Source: Cyanophora paradoxa CCMP329
Taxonomy: Eukaryota; Plantae; Glaucophyta
Reading direction: 5' to 3'
Length of the DNA stretch: 64,000 bases
Assembly (NCBI GenBank): GCA_004431415.1
Contig: QPMI01000066.1
Location: 62,001-126,000, forward strand
Within the stretch, counting starts at the first letter, position 1. Each line of letters starts with the position of its first letter. The notes under the pieces were generated by a model that was given only the letters and a program-made list of their open reading frames with translations, was not told the DNA's origin and ran no database searches. Below are positions 48,268-61,100 of this stretch, piece after piece. Position numbers and translations under genes: made by a program.

Positions 48268-51200
48268 TCAAGAGCGCGGATTCGAATTGGACGGCCCGGC
48301 GCCGGCGCCGGCGCCAGGGGGCGACGTCGACGGATCCGGAGCCTCTCCCCCGGACCCGGGTCCGGGTGCGGAGGGGCCGGGGCTGCCGGCGACGGCGACG
48401 CGGCTGGCCGGGTCGCAGGCGCCCTCGAGCCAGGAGCGGACGTCCCGGGCGCGGGGGCCGGCCAGCGAGCGCACGGGCGCCAGCGCCAGGGCCGCGACGA
48501 CCGGGGGGCCCTCCTCTGCGAACGGGAACAGGGCCAGCACCTGCGCGCGCGCGGTCGCGGTCGCGAATTCGAAGCCGCCGATCATCGGATCGTGAGCCCT
48601 TGAGATATATATCGATTCCTAGATCTTTTCAGTTGTAATCAAGCTCGCCAGCGCCAGCGCTAGCGGCTTGATCGTGAGCTCTCCTCCTTACATATATTAG
48701 AGAGGAGGAGGGCCTCCTCATAGCTATATATAGTGGCCCTCCTCCTCCTTATCAAGCTTCTTAAGCTTATCATTATAATCGAGCCTGTCAGCGCTAGCGG
48801 CCTCATGAAACCAATATGCTAATCACCTCGCGGAGGCGGGCCCTCTCCTCCTGAAGCATGCCGGGCTTCGGGAGGACGCGCACCCGGAGGAGCGTCCGGA
48901 AGCGGTCCTGGGGCGGTCCGATCCGAATCAATGCACGAGCACATGCACAACCGATATCGATTATAATTATGAGTTCGTGGCTAAAGAGCGATTTGAGGTT
49001 TTAGAGAAACGTCCAGGGCTTGCAATTGGACCAAAGTGTATGCGCAGATTCGTTTATGATTAATATTAATGTTAGAGGGCGGCGCGGGCGAAGGTGGGCG
49101 AGGGGGCGGGTCCCGGACCTGGACGAGGGGGGCGAAGGGGAGGAGGAAATCGAGGGCGGCCTCGTGGGAGGGGGCCTCGGCCGCCACGTCCACGCGGGCG
49201 AGCCGCGGGCCGGCGGCCGCAGCCAGCGCCTCCGCCAGCAGCGCGGGGGGCGCCGGGCAGAGCTCGGCGATCGCGAGGGCGGAGGCGGAGGAGGCGGCGG
49301 CGAATGCGGCTGGGCGGCGGGCGTGGCAGCTGTGCCAGGAGGCGAGGCAGCCGCGGGTCGCGCAGAGGCGGACGAGGCTCGCCATCTCGAGCTCCGCCTG
49401 GCCGCCCGGCGCCGGCGGCAGATCGCAACCAAAGTCCACGTGCAGCTGACGCCAAATGTTAGATCTGAATTCGATTGCGATCCGCGTAAATATTAATTCA
49501 AATCACCTCTTCGATGCCGGTGGAGACTAAAGGGGTGCCGCGGACCACGCGGGAGAGGGCGCGGAGGAAGCGCGTCGCCGCCGGGACCGCCGCCTCCGCC
49601 ACGCTCGGGCCGCCCCCCGCCCCGACGGCCGCGGCCGCGCTCGAGGAGCTCGACTCCCGATTGCGGTCGAAGTCCTCTCGGAAATCCGCCCGGACCTGGG
49701 TGCGGTCGCGTCGCAATTAAAATCGCAAAAGCGATATCGATCGTGTGCGAGTTAATCGCGCCGAAATCGAATCGGAGTGGTGTTTATACATTTTACATTC
49801 ATCATGATTAATAATAATAACGTTCAGTATCGTAGAATTACCCGGAGCACGCGGAGGGATTTCAGGTTCGTCAGAAAATTGAGATTCGTGATCGCGGACT
49901 CGTCAACCTGCGCACCAGACCGGACGAGACGCATGAGTGCAAATGAAGAATGTCGATCGCGACGATCGCGATTAGATCTGAGCCGGGGCCGGGGCGAGCA
50001 AGGCCGGGCCTGGAGGGAGAGCTCCTGGAGCGAGGAGATAAAAGAGACGCAGGCGATCTCGCCCGAGATGAGGGGCGAGGAGCTGCGTCCGCCCAGGCGG
50101 AGGACGCGCATGAGCGGCCCGCGACCGGCCGCGGGGCCGCGCACGCCCTCGGGCTCGGGCTCGAGCTCGGCGTCGCCGCCGACGTCCGGATCCGGTTGCA
50201 TGGCGAAGGAAGAGAGGAGGCGCAGGCCGGGCGCGAAGTCCCGCACGACCACCGCGAAGGCTGAAGGCGGGGCGCCGGTCACGGCCGCGGCGCCGGCGCC
50301 GGCGCCCGCCTCGCGCAGGAGGCGGCAGCGGAGCTCGGCGAGCGAGGGCAGCTTCGCGATCTCGAGGAAGCCGGCGGGGCGCGCCGCGCAGCGGAGGGCG
50401 CGGAGGCGGGGCGCCTCGCGGGCGAGGGCCGACCCTTCCTCCGCGTCCAGGGCGTGGCCGGGGATGGAGAGGACCTCCAGCGAGCCGAGGAAGGCACACT
50501 CGCCCCACCGGAAGGCGCCGGCGCCGGCGCCGGCGCCGAGGGCGGCGGTCGCGAACGGCTCGTCGAAATCCAGCTCGGCGATGGTGGGGGCGGCCTGCAG
50601 GGCGCGCAGCAGCGGCAGCGCCCGCGCCGGACCCTGCTCGCCCGCCACCCACGACGGGAGCAGCTCCGGCCACAGGAGCCGCGCCTCCACGCGACGGAGG
50701 GCCGGCGAAGACTCCCGCACCACCGCGACGAGCTCCGACAGCGCCTGCCAGGAATTCGATCTCAGTGCAAATTAAATGCGCGGCGGCGGCGAAGGCCTAG
50801 GGCAGATCTAGATCTAGATGCAGTACCTCGGCGTGGCCCGCCCCTGCCACCGAGACGCTAAGTGTCCGCACGCTGCGGACGCGGCCGGCACTTGCCCAGA
50901 GGAACAGGCGGCGGGCGGCGGAGAGGAGCGTCAACATCGCGTCGACGGCGCGGGCCTGGGCGTCCGCGCCCGCAGAGGACGGCCGGGGCGCGCGGGGCAC
51001 GAGATCCAGGTGGCCGCCAGGCCCTGGCCACTCCACCGCCTCCCACACCACGCGCCGGAAGCGCCGCGAGACCCCGTCGAGTCTGCCCGGCGGAGAGGCG
51101 TCGATGCGTACGTCAGAGACGGTCAAGCGACGGCCGCGGAGGCACGCGAATCCTCAAGCACGAAAAACGGAGAGCTCGAGCGCACGGACCTGCAGGTGCC

Positions 51201-51634
51201 GGCGGCTTCGAGAGCGCCAACGAAGAGGAAGATGCGCCGCAGCACACCGTCAGAGAGGTCGGAGAGCGAGGGGCCAGCGGGATGGGCGGCCTGATTATGG
51301 GCGCGCGCGGGCTTCACATCAGCGACGATAAACAAGCTTAGAAAAAGTTTTATTGGGGGCGCACGAGTGTGCCAGCGCCGTTAGCGTTCGTGCGGGGGCT
51401 ATCTAGATCGAAATCTCTGATTGCGTATGCGAGCTCCGGATCCGCCATGGCCAGTTCCCTCCAAGTCGGCGCGTCCGAGCCATCGCTCTCCTCAACCGCT
51501 GACAGGTTCGGGAGCCATTCATCGCCGTCGCGATCGGAGCCGTTCCCCTGCGGCGCGAGGATCTCAACACCGCGCACGCGCGCGGTGGCTTCAAAAAATA
51601 ACCGCGGCGTTTCTCCGGCAGCGAGATCTCTCAT
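48268..51634 (-). CDS. F-box / leucine-rich-repeat-like protein (multi-exon, 3' part uncertain)
   Basis: F-box-like LSDLSDGVLRRIFLFVGALEAAGTCR (~51190-51270). LRR-like segments SPALRRVEARL, APTIAELDF, LGSLEVLSIPG, APRLRALRC, LPSLAELRC, ISSLQELSLQ, LTNLKSLRVL, LQALDVS. Confidence 0.65.
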
Positions 51635-52120
51635 TACACGGCTATGGCGCCAGAGAGGTGCTCACCGCATCTCCTCGCGACGATCGGCCCGGCGAAGGCG
51701 CGGCGGCGGCGTCGGACCTGGCCGACATCGCGGGAGCCGGGAGCGCGAGTCCAGCTGGCTCTGCCGCGCGTTGAGTGCGCACCGACTCCACCGCCGACTC
51801 GCCCGCGAGCCTCCTTCCGTCGAGCTTGAGGTGGCGCAGCCTTCCTGCGACTTTGCCGTACCCCTAACATCCGCAGCAACTTGCCTGCAAGCACGTAAAA
51901 GTGCGCACTGTAGAGCCTGCCGCTTGCCATAGATTGCACCAGAAGCGCGTAGAAAGCCAATTGCATAGGAAGGCCCCGTCGAGCGAGCGCTGTTCTTAGA
52001 CGGGCCTCCAGGCGTGGCGCGGCAGCACGTAGACATGCAACAGCGATGAGCAAGGCGGCCAAGCGCACTCGGTAGCGCAAAGCGACGCTCCAGGCCTGGG
52101 CTGCGCCTGTCGGCGGCAGG

Positions 52121-55100
52121 ATGAAGGCGGTGCGGAAGCTGCGCGGCAAGCAGAACGACGTGAGCAAAAGCACGCCGGAGCTGGCGCCGCTGTCGAGGAA
52201 CCTGCAGGTTCTCGCCAGCGTGAGCTCCGCGTCGAGTCTGCCGGACGTGCCGCCGTCGTTCGGACAGCTGAAGTCCATCAAGTCTTCCGTCATCGCCGCT
52301 GAGCTCGTGCGTTCCTCTGCCCTCTGCCTGCGCTCCCCTGCCCTCTGCCGCACGCGTTCCGAGCGCCCCGCGCTCACGCGCCGGCGCCGCAGGCCAACGA
52401 CGAGGTCGAGGCGATCCTCAATGCGCCGCACAGAACCTCGCACGGCCCGTCGAGGGCGCTCGCGTCGGCCAGGCCCGCGGCCGTGCCGGAGGGCCCCGGG
52501 GGCGGCAGTTCGGGCGAGGAGGAGGAGGAGGACGGCTACAACCGGCGGGTGGAGGAGCTGCGGCAGCAGATCCTGAGCATCCGGCCCCCCGGGGACATGG
52601 CGCTCTTGAGGCTGGCGCGGCGGCACCGCCGCGTCGCGCAGGGCGCCCTCCGCAGCCCGCTCCCCGACGACGACCCCCGCGAGGACGAGTGCGCCGTACC
52701 CCTGCAACTCTTCCTCCCCCCCTCCCCGCCCCCCGAGCCGGGGCCCGCAGGTGGACCGCTGGCTTCGAAAGGGCCTCTGACGCCTTCGCCGCCCGCCTCG
52801 GCGGGTGCGCCCCCTCCCCCCCGCCTCGAAACCCTGTACCCCTCCCGAGCCGAGTCTGCGTACCACCGCAGGAGCGTGGACGAGCTCGAGAAGGCGAGCG
52901 TCTTCGTATCCCCCCGGACCGCTGCAGAGACCCTGCGGTGCGACTACCCCCCCCCCCCCCCCACACACCCCCCCGCCGCCCCCCCAAGCTGACGCGCCCG
53001 TAACCCCGCAGGCAGTCGGACCTGTACCGAATGGCGGCGCTCGACTTGATCCCGGCCTCCCAGGTGCTGCACTTGTCCGCGTATCCCGGGGCCCCGCGGT
53101 GACGTCACGGGCAGCCGGGGAAGGCGGCGGCTGCGGCGCCGGCGGCGGCACCGCCGCAGCGGTCGCCGGGAGCGGCCCGCGGGGCCGACGGCAGCGTTAC
53201 CGCTCGGCGGGCGGCGGTGCCCCGCCCCGCTTCTCGGATGCCGTCGGCCCGTCCTTGACTTCGATCCCGCGCAGGGAGCGACGACGGCGCGCGGGGCCCA
53301 CAGGGCGGCGCCCTGACGTCCCGGGGCCCCGCCGCCGCCGCCTCCTCCTCCTCTTCCGGAGCTATGACTGCGCGCGGCGCCTCGCCGCCGCCCCCGTCGG
53401 CCGCCCCGCCGGCCGCCCCCGGCGCGCCCGAGAAGCCGTGGGCCCCAGAGCCGCCCGCCGAGCTCGGCTTCCGCCGCGGTCCGCCGCCCCCTCCTTCCTT
53501 CCTTCCTTAAGGGGCGGAAACAGGCCCGAATGAACCCTTCTTCGTTCGCAGAGGCGTGCGTGGAGGCGCTGGTGCGCCTGCTGTTCGCGGAGGGCGTACC
53601 CGGCGAGGGCGGCCTCCCCCTGCGCGATTTCGAGACCGAGCCCGTCGACGAGGCGCGCCGGGCACCCCTCCACCGTCCCTTCCACCCTCCCCCTCTCAGG
53701 GGTACGGCGCGCAGGAGGCGGAGCTGGCGCGCGAGTCGCAGCAGACGTCGCTCCTCGACCTTCTCGACCCGTCGGCCCCGCCCGAGGGCGCGGGCGGGTC
53801 GCCGGCGCGGCGGGGCCCGCCCGCTGCCAGCAGCGCCATCGACGAGGCGGGGCCCACGTTCAAGCACTTCTACCTGGGTGCTGTACCCCCCCTCTCCTCC
53901 TCCCCGTTCCTTCCGCCCGGCGCGGATCTAATTTCGTTTCGGCGCAGCGGTGTACCGGATGCTGGTGGCGTGGGAGGCGAACGTGCGGGAGGCGGCGGCG
54001 CGGCCCTCGACCGTGCCCATCCAGCCCCTCACCTGGTACCCCCGCCCGCCCCATCCGATCGGATGCAGTCGGGCGCGGTCGGGCGCGGTCTGAGCGGGCG
54101 GGCGGCCGGCCGGGCGGTCCGGCAGGCTGCGGGCGTACCTCTTCGCGCACTCGGCGGAGCTGGAGAGCGTGGCGCTGCGGGAGTGGCCGCCCCTCGCGCC
54201 CCTCCCCGAGGCCGCCCGCACCCTCGCCGCCTTCACCCTCCAGTGCGCCCGCCCCGCCCTTTAAGAGGGATGGAAGGAAGGCAGCCTCGTCCCCAACCGG
54301 CCGCCCGCAGGCGGGTGGCGGGGGAGAGGGCGGACCGGGACCTCGCCGTCGCCCGCACGCGCTACGTGGCGGGGCGCGCCGCGCTCGCCGCCGCGCACGT
54401 CCCGCCCCGCGCCCCCGGCGCCTGGGCCCCCGTCCGCATCTACGTCGCCAGTACCCCCGACGACATGGCCGCCGAGCGCTCCCTCATACGGTACCCCCCC
54501 CCTCGCCGGCACCTTCCCCGCTGCATCCTTCATCGATGTACCCCCAGGCACGTCGTGGCCCCCGAGCTGGAGAAGCTCTGCGCGAAGCGGCGCGTGTACC
54601 CCGTCTTCGTCGACCTGCGCTACGGTGCGCCCGTACCCCCCTCCTCTCCCCCCCCCTCGTCCGAGCCTCGGGGGTAGGCCTCTCGGGGTCCGCGGCGCTG
54701 GACGAGGGGAGCGTCGCGACGCTCCTGGAGGAGGTCGAGCGCTGCCGCCCCTTCTTCGTCTGCTTCGCCGGCCAGCGGCGCGCCGTACCCCTACCCCGCA
54801 CCACCCTGCCCCCTTCGCTCGAAGCTGTACCCCTTGACTCGCCCCCCCCCCCGCAGGGCCGGGGAGCTGATCGACATGCTCTCGCTCCCCTCGGGGGACT
54901 ACTTCGCGTGGGCCGTCGACTTCGCCGGCCGCTCCCTGCTCGAGGCGCGCCGTACCCCCCGCCGCTTCCCCCCCCCCGCGCCTTATATTCGGGTGCAGCT
55001 GGAGTCCGCGCTGGCGGCGGCGACGGGCCCCCCGTGGACCTTCAAGCTGCCGCCGGCGCCGCCGCCCAAGGAGGAGCGCCGCGGACGGATCCATAAGGCG

Positions 55101-58100
55101 GCCGAGAGGCCGGCGCCGCACGCCCGCCGCGCCTCGTCCCCGGGGCCCGATGCCTCACCCGAGCTCGCCGGGGCCGCCGGCCCCGCGGGGGGCGCCCCGC
55201 CGCCGCCGCCCCAGCCCCTGCCGCCCCTCAACGGGATCCTGGCGGGCGGCGGCCGCCCGCGGGCCCTCGCGGCGCCCCGCCCGCCCGATACGTTCGCTTT
55301 GGCGTACCTGCGCGACCCAAAGATCCTCAAGGCCCGCCGCCCCGCCCCCCGCCGCCCTCGCCTCCTGCCCCCCGGCTCCTGATTCATTTTCGCCGCAGGG
55401 GATGGCGGAGGGGAGCGAGGCGGCGATGCTCTACGGCGCCGGCCACGCAGAGGAGGTCCGTCCCCCCCCCCCCCCCCGCGGGGCTAAAAATAGCTCGGCT
55501 GAGCTCCGGGCAGGCGCGGCGGGCGGAGGCTGCGCGGGAGCACCTGCGGCGGCACTGCTTCGTCTTCGCCAACTACCCCGCCAGGTCCGCCCGCCCGCCC
55601 GCCCGCCAGCCCGCCCGTCCGCCTGGGAGGGGCCGCCCGGCAGTGCAGTGCCCCGCGCGCCTCACATCCTCACCTATCATATCACATCTTATCTTAGGTG
55701 GTCGGGGCCGGCGGGGGCGGCGGGGGGCGGGGGCCACGTCGTGGGCCTCGAGGCCCTCGCAGGGCGCCTCGTCGACGATCTCTGGCGCTGCGTCTCCAAG
55801 GTAAGAATGAATAAGAGTAGAAGGAACAAGAACAAGGAAGGAGAGAAAGCACGGCACACTTCTCGTTGTCTCTCTCCGCTCTGTACCCTTTGCTTCTCTC
55901 ACGCCGCCTCGCCTCAGCTGTTCCCGGCGGAGGAGGCGGGCGCCGAGGCGGGCGGCGGCGGCGGCGCCGGCTCCGACGCCGGCCCCGCCCTCGCCCGCAG
56001 CACGACGGCGGCGGCGGCGCGGGGCCGCGCGCTCCCCGCCCCGCCGGCGCTGGCGGGGCCGGGGCCGCCGCGGCTGAGGAGGACCCTCTGGGGCTAGCGG
56101 AGTTTGCGGCGTGGGACGCCGCCGAGTCGCACCCCGGGGTGCGGTTCCTGAACTACTACCAGACGGCCGAGCTCGAGGCCCGCGCCCGCTCCTTCGCGGG
56201 GCGCGCGGAGCTGACGGCCGCGCTCCTCGCGCTCGCGACGGCGCCTGGGCCGGCCCCGCCCGCCGTCCTCGTCGGCGAGCCGGGCTCGGGCCGCGCCTCT
56301 CTCCTCGCCCGCCTCGTCACCGCGTTCCGCCGCGCCGCTCTGGAGGCCCCGGCGGCGGCGGCGGCGGCGGGGCCGGCCGCCTTGGCATCCCCCTCCGCCT
56401 CGCCCGGCACGCAGCGGGGCGGCCTGACGCACCGGGGCTTCCCCGGGGACGACCCCCCGTTCGCCGTGCACCACTTCGTGTCGGCGAGCCTCGGCGCCGG
56501 CGACGCCCGCCGCGCCGTCCACCGCCTCTGCCGCCAGATTGCACTTCGCTACGACCTCATCGACCGGCGCGGCCCTTCCTTAAGCTTACTGCCTCGATTC
56601 GAGATTCTGAACTCCGCTGTACCCCCCCCTTTCTCCTGATCGAGGCGAGCGCAGGATGGCGGTGCCCGAGGACGCGGAGGAGCTGGCGCACTTCTTCCCC
56701 TCCCTCCTCGATACGGTACCCCCGTTCCGTTTCTTCGGCGATCTGAGTCAGTGCAAGATTTGATCAAGATTTGATCCGGGTCGGCCCAGGTCTCGCGGCG
56801 GGGCGGGCAGCTGCTCGTGGCGATCGCCGACGCGGACCGCATCCACACGTGCGCTATTTTTAGAGCGGAGCTCGCTTTGGCTCTCGGACTGACTGGGCGG
56901 TCCGCACGCTCAGATCGTTTCATATGAGCGACCTCCGCTGGCTCCCCGTCTGCCTGCCCCCCGGCGTCAAGGCCCGCCTCAGATCTCATATGAGCCTCGA
57001 ACTTCCTTTTGACCCGAGATCAGGTGATCGTGAGCATGGCGGAGGGACCGGCGCTGGAGGCGCTGCGGGCGCGGGCGCCCTACTGCCCCCCCGCGGAGCT
57101 CCGCTGCGGGCCGCTGGGGGCCTCCGCTGAGGAGCGGACCGCCGTCCTCCAGCGCTGCATGGACCGACAGGAGCCCGGCGCCCGCCTCTCCGAGGTAGAA
57201 ATCTCGTACCCCTCTTCGCCGTCGGTTCCGCACCGTACCCCTCTAACTGCCACGCAGGTCCACGGGGACTATCAGGTCGACGTCGTCTTGGTACCTGCGG
57301 CTTCTATCGTACCCCCCATCCGCCGGGAGCGCCCTTGCCGACGGGTGCGGGCGGGGCGGGGCGCTGCAGGCTAAGCCGGAGGCGTGGCGGCCGGGGTACC
57401 TGGACGCGGCGGCGGCCGAGGCTCGGCTTCTAGCCGGCCACGAGCCGTCCGAGCGGCTTGGCAACCTCGACCAGGCCAGCCCCCAAGACGAGGTCCGCCA
57501 GTCCCGTGTACCCCCCCTTTCTTCCCTTCCTCACGTTCGGTGCAGCCGTTCCCGGGGACGCTCGCGGAGCTCCTCGAGAGGGGCCTCGACCGCCTCGAGG
57601 ACGCGGTACCCCCCTCCCCCTTCCCCCCCTATTCCTTCTTTTCCTAAGTTCGCTCAGGCGTCGGCGGGCCCGCCGGGGCACCTCGCGGAGGGGATGCGCT
57701 CCGGGCCCGAGCTCGCCCGCGAGGTGCCCCGTACCCCCTCTCTTCCCCCCCCCCCGCTCCGCCGGCCCGCCCACCGCTTCGTTTGCAGGCGGCCCTCCTG
57801 ATCGCGCTCTCGCGGGGTGGCCTGCTGGAGCCGGAGCTTCTGGAGCTTCTCCGGCCGGTGGCGCCCCTCACGTGGGCGCGCCTGCTGCGGCCCCTCGAGT
57901 TCTACCTCCGCCCGCCGGCCCTCCGCGAGGACGGCGCGCTGGCCTTCGCCTCAGAGAGCGCCCGCCGCGCCGTCCTCGAGCGCTACCTCGGGCCCCGCCC
58001 CGACGACGTCCGCCCCCTTCCTTCCTTCCTTCCTTGCTTCCTTCTGCTTTGAGCGGTGTGCGCAGGCGCGGCGGGCGGTGTACCGCAAGCTGGCGCGCTA

Positions 58101-61100
58101 CTACTTCGGCAAGGCCGATCCCGCCGGTCTGGACGAGTGGACGGGCCCGCCCCGCGCCCTCCGGTGCTCCCGCTCCGCCTCGCCTCAGCTCTGCCGCCTC
58201 GCCCCGCCCCGTCCTTCTAACCGCAGCGGCGAAGGGACGCGGTGTGGTACGCGGTGCGGGCGGGGATGTGGGCTTCCGTCGGGCGCGCCCTCTGCAGCCT
58301 GCGGTACATCGAGCGGCGGGCCGCCGACGGCGCCACCGACGACCTCGTCGCCGTCGACTTCGTCTGTGCGTCCCGAAGAATTAAGGCAGAGAAACAAACG
58401 AACAAACAAACAATTACAAGTTAGAGGCGCTCTATCGAACAGACAGCTGACGATGCCCTTGCGCAGCGGCGCTGGCGACGCTTCGGGAGCAGTGGCCGGC
58501 GCTGCGGGCGCGCCTCGGGGGGCCCTACCGCGTCCGCCTCCAGCAGCGGCAGCGCCCCGCGGGGGCCCCCGGCGAGGCAGCGGCGCCGCCGCCCTCGCTC
58601 GGCCTCATCCACCCGGACAGCGTCGCATCCATGAGCGAGAGCGATGCGCCCCCGCCCCCGCCCCCGGCGCGGGGCCGCGCCCCGCAGCGGCGCGCTTCGA
58701 TCGCCGACGGCGGCGCCGCCGCGCAGTCGCGCGCGGGCGGGCTGGCCGGCCTCGTCCCCAGCGGCTCGGCGCACGCATCCCGCGCCGGCTCGGCTGCGGG
58801 GGCCGGCGCGCGCCCGCCCGGCCTCGGCGCCCTGGACCTGGGGCCCTCGCGGGGGCCGGCGACGACGAGGAGGGCGCGGCGGCGCCCCCGGGAGCCCCCT
58901 CTACCAGACCCTAGAGGCAGTGCGCTCTTCCGCCCCGCCTTTCCGATCCGACCCGACCCGCGCGCAGTCGGCGGCGGCCGCGGCTGCGGGAGAGGCCCCA
59001 GCGCCGTCCGCGCCGTCCGCGCTGCCGACGGGCCGCTCCGACGGCGGCGGCGGCGGCGGCGGCCTCCCGGCGGCGCGCGAGTCCGGCGCCCTCTCCCCCT
59101 CCCCGGAGGCCCGGAGGCGCTCCCTGCAGCCCGCCGCGTCGTCCTCCCAGCCCCAGCCCCAGTCCCAGCCGCAGTGGCACTCCCTGCCCGCCCGCCGCGC
59201 CCTCGCCATGCCCGAGTCGGTCACCCGCCGCCAGTCCGTCATCGCCTCCGGTCCGCCTCGCTTCCGCACGCCGAGCCCGGGCCCCGGCGACGCGCCCGCG
59301 CCCCGCCGGGTGATCGGCCCGGAAGAGCCGCCCCCGCCCCGCTCGCCCTCCCCGGCCGCGTCCGGCAAGAAGCGCCTGGGGGTGACTCTGCCGGGCGAGC
59401 CCTCCTCGCCCTCCCCGGCAGCGGCCCCGCCGCCGGCGCGGCCGCAGGTGCCGTCATCGCTGCAGCGGATGGTGGCGCGCGGGGCGGCGGCGGACGACGA
59501 GGAGGAGGACAGGCACGACGAGGCGGCAGAGGCGGTCAAGCGCCGGCGCCTCCTCAACTCGCGCATCGCGGACGAGGCCCGCCCCCGCCCCCGCCCCCCC
59601 CCCCCCCCCGCCCCCGCCACTGTCTCGAGTTCGTCTCGAGTTCGTCTCGAGTTCGTCTCGAGCGCATAGAGGGTTTTTTCTCATCAACCTAAGCGCATCT
59701 AGAGAACGGGGATGCTATAGAATTCTCATCCATCCGTCGACGTCTCCCTCTGTGTGTCTTCCCCCGCCCTCTCATCTCCGCGGATCAGATCACGGGGTCG
59801 GCGACGAGCCTGACGGTGCCGGACTACCGCCACTGCGCCCTCCTGCAGCGCCTCGTCGAGTTCGCCCGCTTCGCAAAGGTACCCCCCCCCCCCCCCAAAC
59901 ACACACACACACACACATCCCTCCCCGCCCGCCCCGCCCCCCGCCTCCTCCGGCTCCCCAGAGCCAATTGCTCTTGTTGTTGCTAGCAACTAGGCTGCTA
60001 GTCAACTTGCGAGTCTCCTATTCACCTAAAGGGTTTGCGTTCGAGCGCTAGAGAAGGGGCGTTAAGAAGGGAGCGGAATCGATCACAGAGTGAACGACGA
60101 CTGACCCCGCGCGCGCGCACCGGCACAGGAGCACATGGCGGAGCTGCGGGAGCACCCGACGAGCGTCTTCCAACTTGCCGCCAACCAGGCGAGCCCCGCG
60201 ATCCTTAGTTCTTTAGTACTGAGAGCGCCGCTCCTAATCTCGATCCGAGGGCGTTGATGGGCCCCTCGCGCACCTGACGTGCGGGGCCGCAGGCGGGGGA
60301 CACGGCGCCGGCGGTGGCGGCGCGCCTCTCGTGGGCCGGGGACTGGGACCGGCCCATGACCGCCGGGCCGCCGCCGCCGCCGCTGGCGGCTCCGCCGCCC
60401 TCACCCCGGCGGCCTCGCGCGGGGGTCGCCCCTGCCTCCCGCGCCAACCTGGGCTCGCTCCTCGCGGGCGGCGGCGTCAGCTTCTCGCAGCACGCCGCAC
60501 AGTCGCGCCCGGGGACGTCGGCCGGCGAGGGGGCCGGCCCGGGGCGGCGCGGCGGCCGCCGCCTGGAGGCGCGCGCCTGGCTCCGCTGGCTGAACCGCGG
60601 CTCGACGGCGCGGCGCTCGGCGCTGCTGATGACGCTGCGCGGGTCGGTGGAGGGCATCCACGGCTGCGCCGTCTCGCCGGACGGCGGGGCGGTCGCGAGC
60701 TGCGGGGACGACCGGCGCGTGCGGCTCTGGGACGCGCGCACGGGGGCGAGGCTGGCGGAGCTCGCGGGCCACACGGACCGCGTCCGCGGCGTCGCTTTCG
60801 GCTGCGAGGGCGCCTGGCTCGTCTCCGCCTCCGCCGACCGCTCCCTAAAGGCGCGCCCGCCCGCCCTTATGAAGTCCGCCCGCCCTCCTAACGTCCCCCG
60901 CGCGCAGATCTGGGAGGCTGTGGAGGGCTCCCAAGCGCCCGGCGCCCCCGCACCGACGGCGCCCGACGGCGTAGGCGGAGGCGGCGCTAGGCCGGGGCCG
61001 GCGCCGCCCTCGCCGGCGGAGGGCGCCGAGCGGCCCGAGGCGCGCGCCGAGTCGCCGGGGCCCGAGGGCGCCGGGCGGCGGCCCAGCCTCTCCGCGAGCG

